Source: Trichomonas gallinae (lineage: Eukaryota). From it: 64,000 nt of DNA. A model generated the notes under the pieces. It was given only the letters and a program-made list of their open reading frames with translations. It made no database searches and was not told where the DNA came from. Shown here one piece after another: positions 60,521 to 64,000 of this stretch; positions within the stretch are counted from its first letter, which is position 1, and the number at the start of each line of letters is the position of its first letter. The stretch spans positions 1 through 64,000 of the forward strand of contig MRSU01001394.1 of assembly GCA_008369845.1 (NCBI GenBank), in the 5' to 3' direction. A program made the position numbers and the translations under genes.

Positions 60521-62989
60521 TTATGCTCTATTGAGTGTTTGTGATAAACAAAGTGCGTGTGGCTGATCATCTTCAAGGAACTTGACAGCTGCGATCTGTG
60601 CTTCTAACAACTGCTTGAGAACTTCCCTGACGTCCTTTGACTCAGCTGTTGTGTATGCGTGCTCTTTCAAGAAGACTGCCAGTACTGCCTGGACCATTTC
60701 AAAGTCCTTGCGAGTGCCGACAGCCCAGAGGAGCATCTTAGCGAACAGGAGGCGCTCATCGATGCCCTCCCAGACGCCAAGTGCTGCGACTTCGGACTGT
60801 ATTGAGTCGTTGTCCATCGCGACAACTTCCGACATAACTCTGGAGAAGTCGCCTTTCTCAGCATCCTCGCAGAGGTGCCTGATGAACTTAGTCTGCGGCC
60901 TGTCGGACTTGATTTCCTCGTTGACTTCCTCGTTGTCTTCGCCATTCTCGTCAGCGAGCGCCTGCAGGAAGAAAGGGATGTGCTTTGGAGCTTTCGCCAT
61001 TCTCAGCGGATCTCTTGGTGGATTTACTAAGCGTTTCATCTTGTCGAGAGGCTGATCGCTGTACTTGGCGAGATTGGCGTGAGCACTCTCTGTGACTGCC
61101 TCGACACCTTCAGCACGTGTGATTCTCTGTGGGCAGAATCTCCACAGTCTTGTTGCAACTTTTCCTGCGTGAAGTGTTGCGATTAACTCACCGTTTGGAT
61201 GGACAGCGAACGCTGTAACTGGTGAATCCGATGCAGTTGACTGAATAAGCGTCGCTGTGATGATGTCAAACAAGTGCACTGCATTAGAATGAGCTCCAAC
61301 AAACAAGAATCTGCCGTCGTGGCTGAATGACATGTTGCTTGCGTCAGCAGTGAACTTTCTGGCGATTTTCTTCGCTGCAGTATCAATCAAAGTAATCTCG
61401 TTGTTACCGTGGCCGACAGCAATCAACTCTCCGTTAGGGTGAGCGGCGAAGCATCTTACGGGGCCAGAGAGGTACATCTCTCCGACATAGGCAGCACCAT
61501 CGAAAGCGTGCCAGAGAAGCAATCCGTCTTCGCTGCCGGTGACGATTCTTGTATTGATTGGGTCGACATGTGCAAAGACAACTTTTGATTCGTGAGACCT
61601 CTGTGCTGTTGCTCTGTGTCTGGCGGACTGTGTAATAAATACCTCAATGTTGCCCTTCTCTCCGCCGACAATAGCGAAGTTGCCACAGCGAGTAAGGCAG
61701 ACGCAAGAAGCCTTGTTTGGCGCTGTCAGCTTGTTGAATGACAGGGCCTGGTCGTTGTCGATGTTGACGCCGTGCTCAGGCATAGCCGTCAGACATCTGC
61801 CTGTGAAGCGCTTGTTTTCTGCGTCCCACAGCATGATGAGGGCTGAGTTTTCGTGGATTGTCGCAGCTGACGCGAATCTGTGAGAGTTTGTCACAGCCAT
61901 GCCAACGATTGGGAACTTCAGCTGGTTCTGGTTGAGCTGCGATGTTGACAAGATTTGTGCTGATGTCTCCAGGAATGGGTTCATCGTGATAACGCGGCCA
62001 TTTCCTGACGCTGTGAAGAGCTGGACTGTGCCTGCAACATCAGCGAAGGCTGCAGCTGTTGGTGGAACACTGTGGCCAAGTCTAGCACGGAACAATCTAA
62101 CGAAATCCGCGCAGTCTGGATCTAAAATCCACTGTCTGATTGCGTTGTCTGAGCCTCCTGTGATGAGAAGGTTTGTTCCAGGCAAGAAGTGGACGGATGT
62201 GATCTGTCCATCGTGTGCGCGAGCGTATTTAGCAAGAATTTGGTGAGTGTTGAGGTCCCAAACTAGCAAATCTCCATTTGCAAGACCAACAGCGACGTGG
62301 GCAAGGCCATCAGTACGGAATGAGTAGCCTGTGACTAAGTCAGTGTGCTGGAAAGAGAAAAGCATCTTGTCGTATACGTAATTGTGGAAAATTAATCTTC
62401 CATCCATTGTTGCGTATCCGAGAGTGTCTTTGTCAGGAGATTGGATAATCTGAATGATCGGTGACTCAAATCCTTCGAAATGATAGATCAGTTGCTGTCT
62501 GTTGATATTCCACAAATCGAATGATCCGTCATCATAAGCAACAATCACTTTATTCAGAGCCGCCTTAGGATGACAGACAGCTGTGATATGCTTTTCGCAA
62601 TCTATCGTTAACATTTCATCGAGACTGATTGGTTTGTAAGCAGTAAGTTCATTTCCTGATGCAGCCAACAGAAGACCCTGGCAAGCGACAAGGACCTCAA
62701 CTGGTTCATCTAGTTCTATTTCTTGATATTCGTTTGTTGAGCGAATTGTCGATCTTAAGTATTTTTCTGTTGACGTAAACACTCTATTTGAGTCTGCTGT
62801 GATGTGCGTGATTCTTTCCGCGTGATTTACTCCCTCAAAGTTGAGTTTCAGCTCTTTCGCCGAATAAACGTGGTAATTTCGATCATTTGCGACGGTAAGA
62901 AACGTGTAGTCTCCTGCAGTCGTCATAGAAAACGGGACTTCGTTGCAAATTTGACCGATGTCTTTCGCATAATCGAAGCAATCGAACAT
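60521..62989 (-). CDS. UTP21: U3 snoRNA-associated protein 21 (WDR36)
   Basis: VPF N-terminus, many WD40 repeats, RLFRARLGHSVPPT, CGNFAIVG, PKHIPFFL and RKDFEMVQA. Confidence 0.9.
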   Translation of the reverse strand: MFDCFDYAKDIGQICNEVPFSMTTAGDYTFLTVANDRNYHVYSAKELKLNFEGVNHAERITHITADSNRVFTSTEKYLRSTIRSTNEYQEIELDEPVEVLVACQGLLLAASGNELTAYKPISLDEMLTIDCEKHITAVCHPKAALNKVIVAYDDGSFDLWNINRQQLIYHFEGFESPIIQIIQSPDKDTLGYATMDGRLIFHNYVYDKMLFSFQHTDLVTGYSFRTDGLAHVAVGLANGDLLVWDLNTHQILAKYARAHDGQITSVHFLPGTNLLITGGSDNAIRQWILDPDCADFVRLFRARLGHSVPPTAAAFADVAGTVQLFTASGNGRVITMNPFLETSAQILSTSQLNQNQLKFPIVGMAVTNSHRFASAATIHENSALIMLWDAENKRFTGRCLTAMPEHGVNIDNDQALSFNKLTAPNKASCVCLTRCGNFAIVGGEKGNIEVFITQSARHRATAQRSHESKVVFAHVDPINTRIVTGSEDGLLLWHAFDGAAYVGEMYLSGPVRCFAAHPNGELIAVGHGNNEITLIDTAAKKIARKFTADASNMSFSHDGRFLFVGAHSNAVHLFDIITATLIQSTASDSPVTAFAVHPNGELIATLHAGKVATRLWRFCPQRITRAEGVEAVTESAHANLAKYSDQPLDKMKRLVNPPRDPLRMAKAPKHIPFFLQALADENGEDNEEVNEEIKSDRPQTKFIRHLCEDAEKGDFSRVMSEVVAMDNDSIQSEVAALGVWEGIDERLLFAKMLLWAVGTRKDFEMVQAVLAVFLKEHAYTTAESKDVREVLKQLLEAQIAAVKFLEDDQPHALCLSQTLNRA

Positions 62990-63191
62990 TAATCAAATTT
63001 TACAAAAAACAAAAAGACAAAAATTTTTGTTTCTTTTGGAGATTTTTAGTTTTTCTATTAACATATCACACAACAATGCTATATTTTGAGTTTTAAAAAA
63101 TTTTTAATTTTTTTTAAATAATGATTTTTAATACGATAGTAGATGTGTATGACCTAAAAACATAAATTTGTCGATCAAAAACTTGAAAAGG

Positions 63192-64000
63192 ATGAAGCCG
63201 GATGATGATCAATTGGAAACTTTGCCAATGATGGAATTTCAGCCAAAAATTTCTAAAGAAAGACATCATCCAACATCATTGAAGGAGAAATATGCACATA
63301 TTTATGCGCTTTTCGTGTTGATATTATTTTCAACTTTTAAACCAGTAGGATATATTCTATTAGAGCAGGTAAATATAACTAAAAAACCTGCATCGAAGCC
63401 AGCTATATATGGATTCAACGTAGATTATGCTACCAATTTTAGTTGGAAGAAATCTCTAGATGCTACACGACAAGTACACTCAAAAAACTTATATACCAAA
63501 ATAAATCTTCCTGCATATGCACTAGTAAGAGAATTGAAGACATTGTATCATTTTCAAAATGTTTATATTTCAAAGTATGGAATTGTTCAAAATGGACTTG
63601 ATTTAAACATAGTTAATGAGTACCGTAAACTTTTCAGGAAAACAAAAATTACAATTACGCCAAATCCAGATCCGATGTTTTATTATAACAAAGTTGTCTT
63701 AGGATATTCAAAACATACATCATACGGGCATTTTATAATGGACGAATTATGCGCATTAATACAAATTCCTCACGAATATTTTGAAGATGCAGAAATCTTC
63801 ATTAATTTCCCTGCAAGTGCATCAAAAATCTACTTCCAGCTGCTTGGTTTCAATGACAGCCGTATCCATTCACTTGAAAATTATTACATTTTCTGCAAAG
63901 AAGTTATTACATTAGTTTCATCAGATTCTATTAACTCTCTTCTTGTGTGTGGAATGCCTTTGCTGCGCACAAAGATGTTTTCAGCTTTAAACCTTTCAAA
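63192..64000 (+). CDS. GT61 (DUF563)-like type II membrane glycosyltransferase, 3'-partial
   Basis: Hand-translated open frame MKPDDDQLETL... running off the window; TM (IYALFVLILFSTF) and YGHFIMDELCAL motif; absent from the supplied ORF track. Confidence 0.75.
   Translation, partial: MKPDDDQLETLPMMEFQPKISKERHHPTSLKEKYAHIYALFVLILFSTFKPVGYILLEQVNITKKPASKPAIYGFNVDYATNFSWKKSLDATRQVHSKNLYTKINLPAYALVRELKTLYHFQNVYISKYGIVQNGLDLNIVNEYRKLFRKTKITITPNPDPMFYYNKVVLGYSKHTSYGHFIMDELCALIQIPHEYFEDAEIFINFPASASKIYFQLLGFNDSRIHSLENYYIFCKEVITLVSSDSINSLLVCGMPLLRTKMFSALNLS

Overview
Eukaryotic, gene-dense (about 34 CDS in 64 kb), apparently intron-free DNA from a trichomonad (Parabasalia), most likely Trichomonas vaginalis or a close relative. 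The assignment rests on an IBP39/IBD-family protein, a DUF3447-type ankyrin protein, a Pmp-like surface protein, a short R2R3 Myb, TCA(C/T)T initiator and AAAGTGAC core-promoter motifs, and very short AT-rich intergenic spacers. Recognisable genes include IFT56/TTC26, PP5, Vps22/SNF8, a DOCK GEF, NAPRT, UTP21/WDR36, a GH13 alpha-amylase, a CAMK kinase, and tomosyn-like, Tubby-like, TMEM62-like, PQ-loop, SMP-domain, WDR11-like and two GT61-like proteins. I found no transposon, rRNA, tRNA or CRISPR. The most notable observations are two long ORFs that seem to lack a usable AUG (candidate UUG/CUG initiation). One of them encodes an unusual Ubl-UBA plus triplicated Myb/SANT-module protein. Also notable are a periodic 5x CACTTTT array in an 86-bp bidirectional promoter, a recurrent TTTGTTTGT 3'-UTR element, a genomic poly(A) at a predicted polyadenylation position, and a 5'-AT to 3'-GC gradient inside long genes. 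All family calls come from motif recognition by eye, not database searches.
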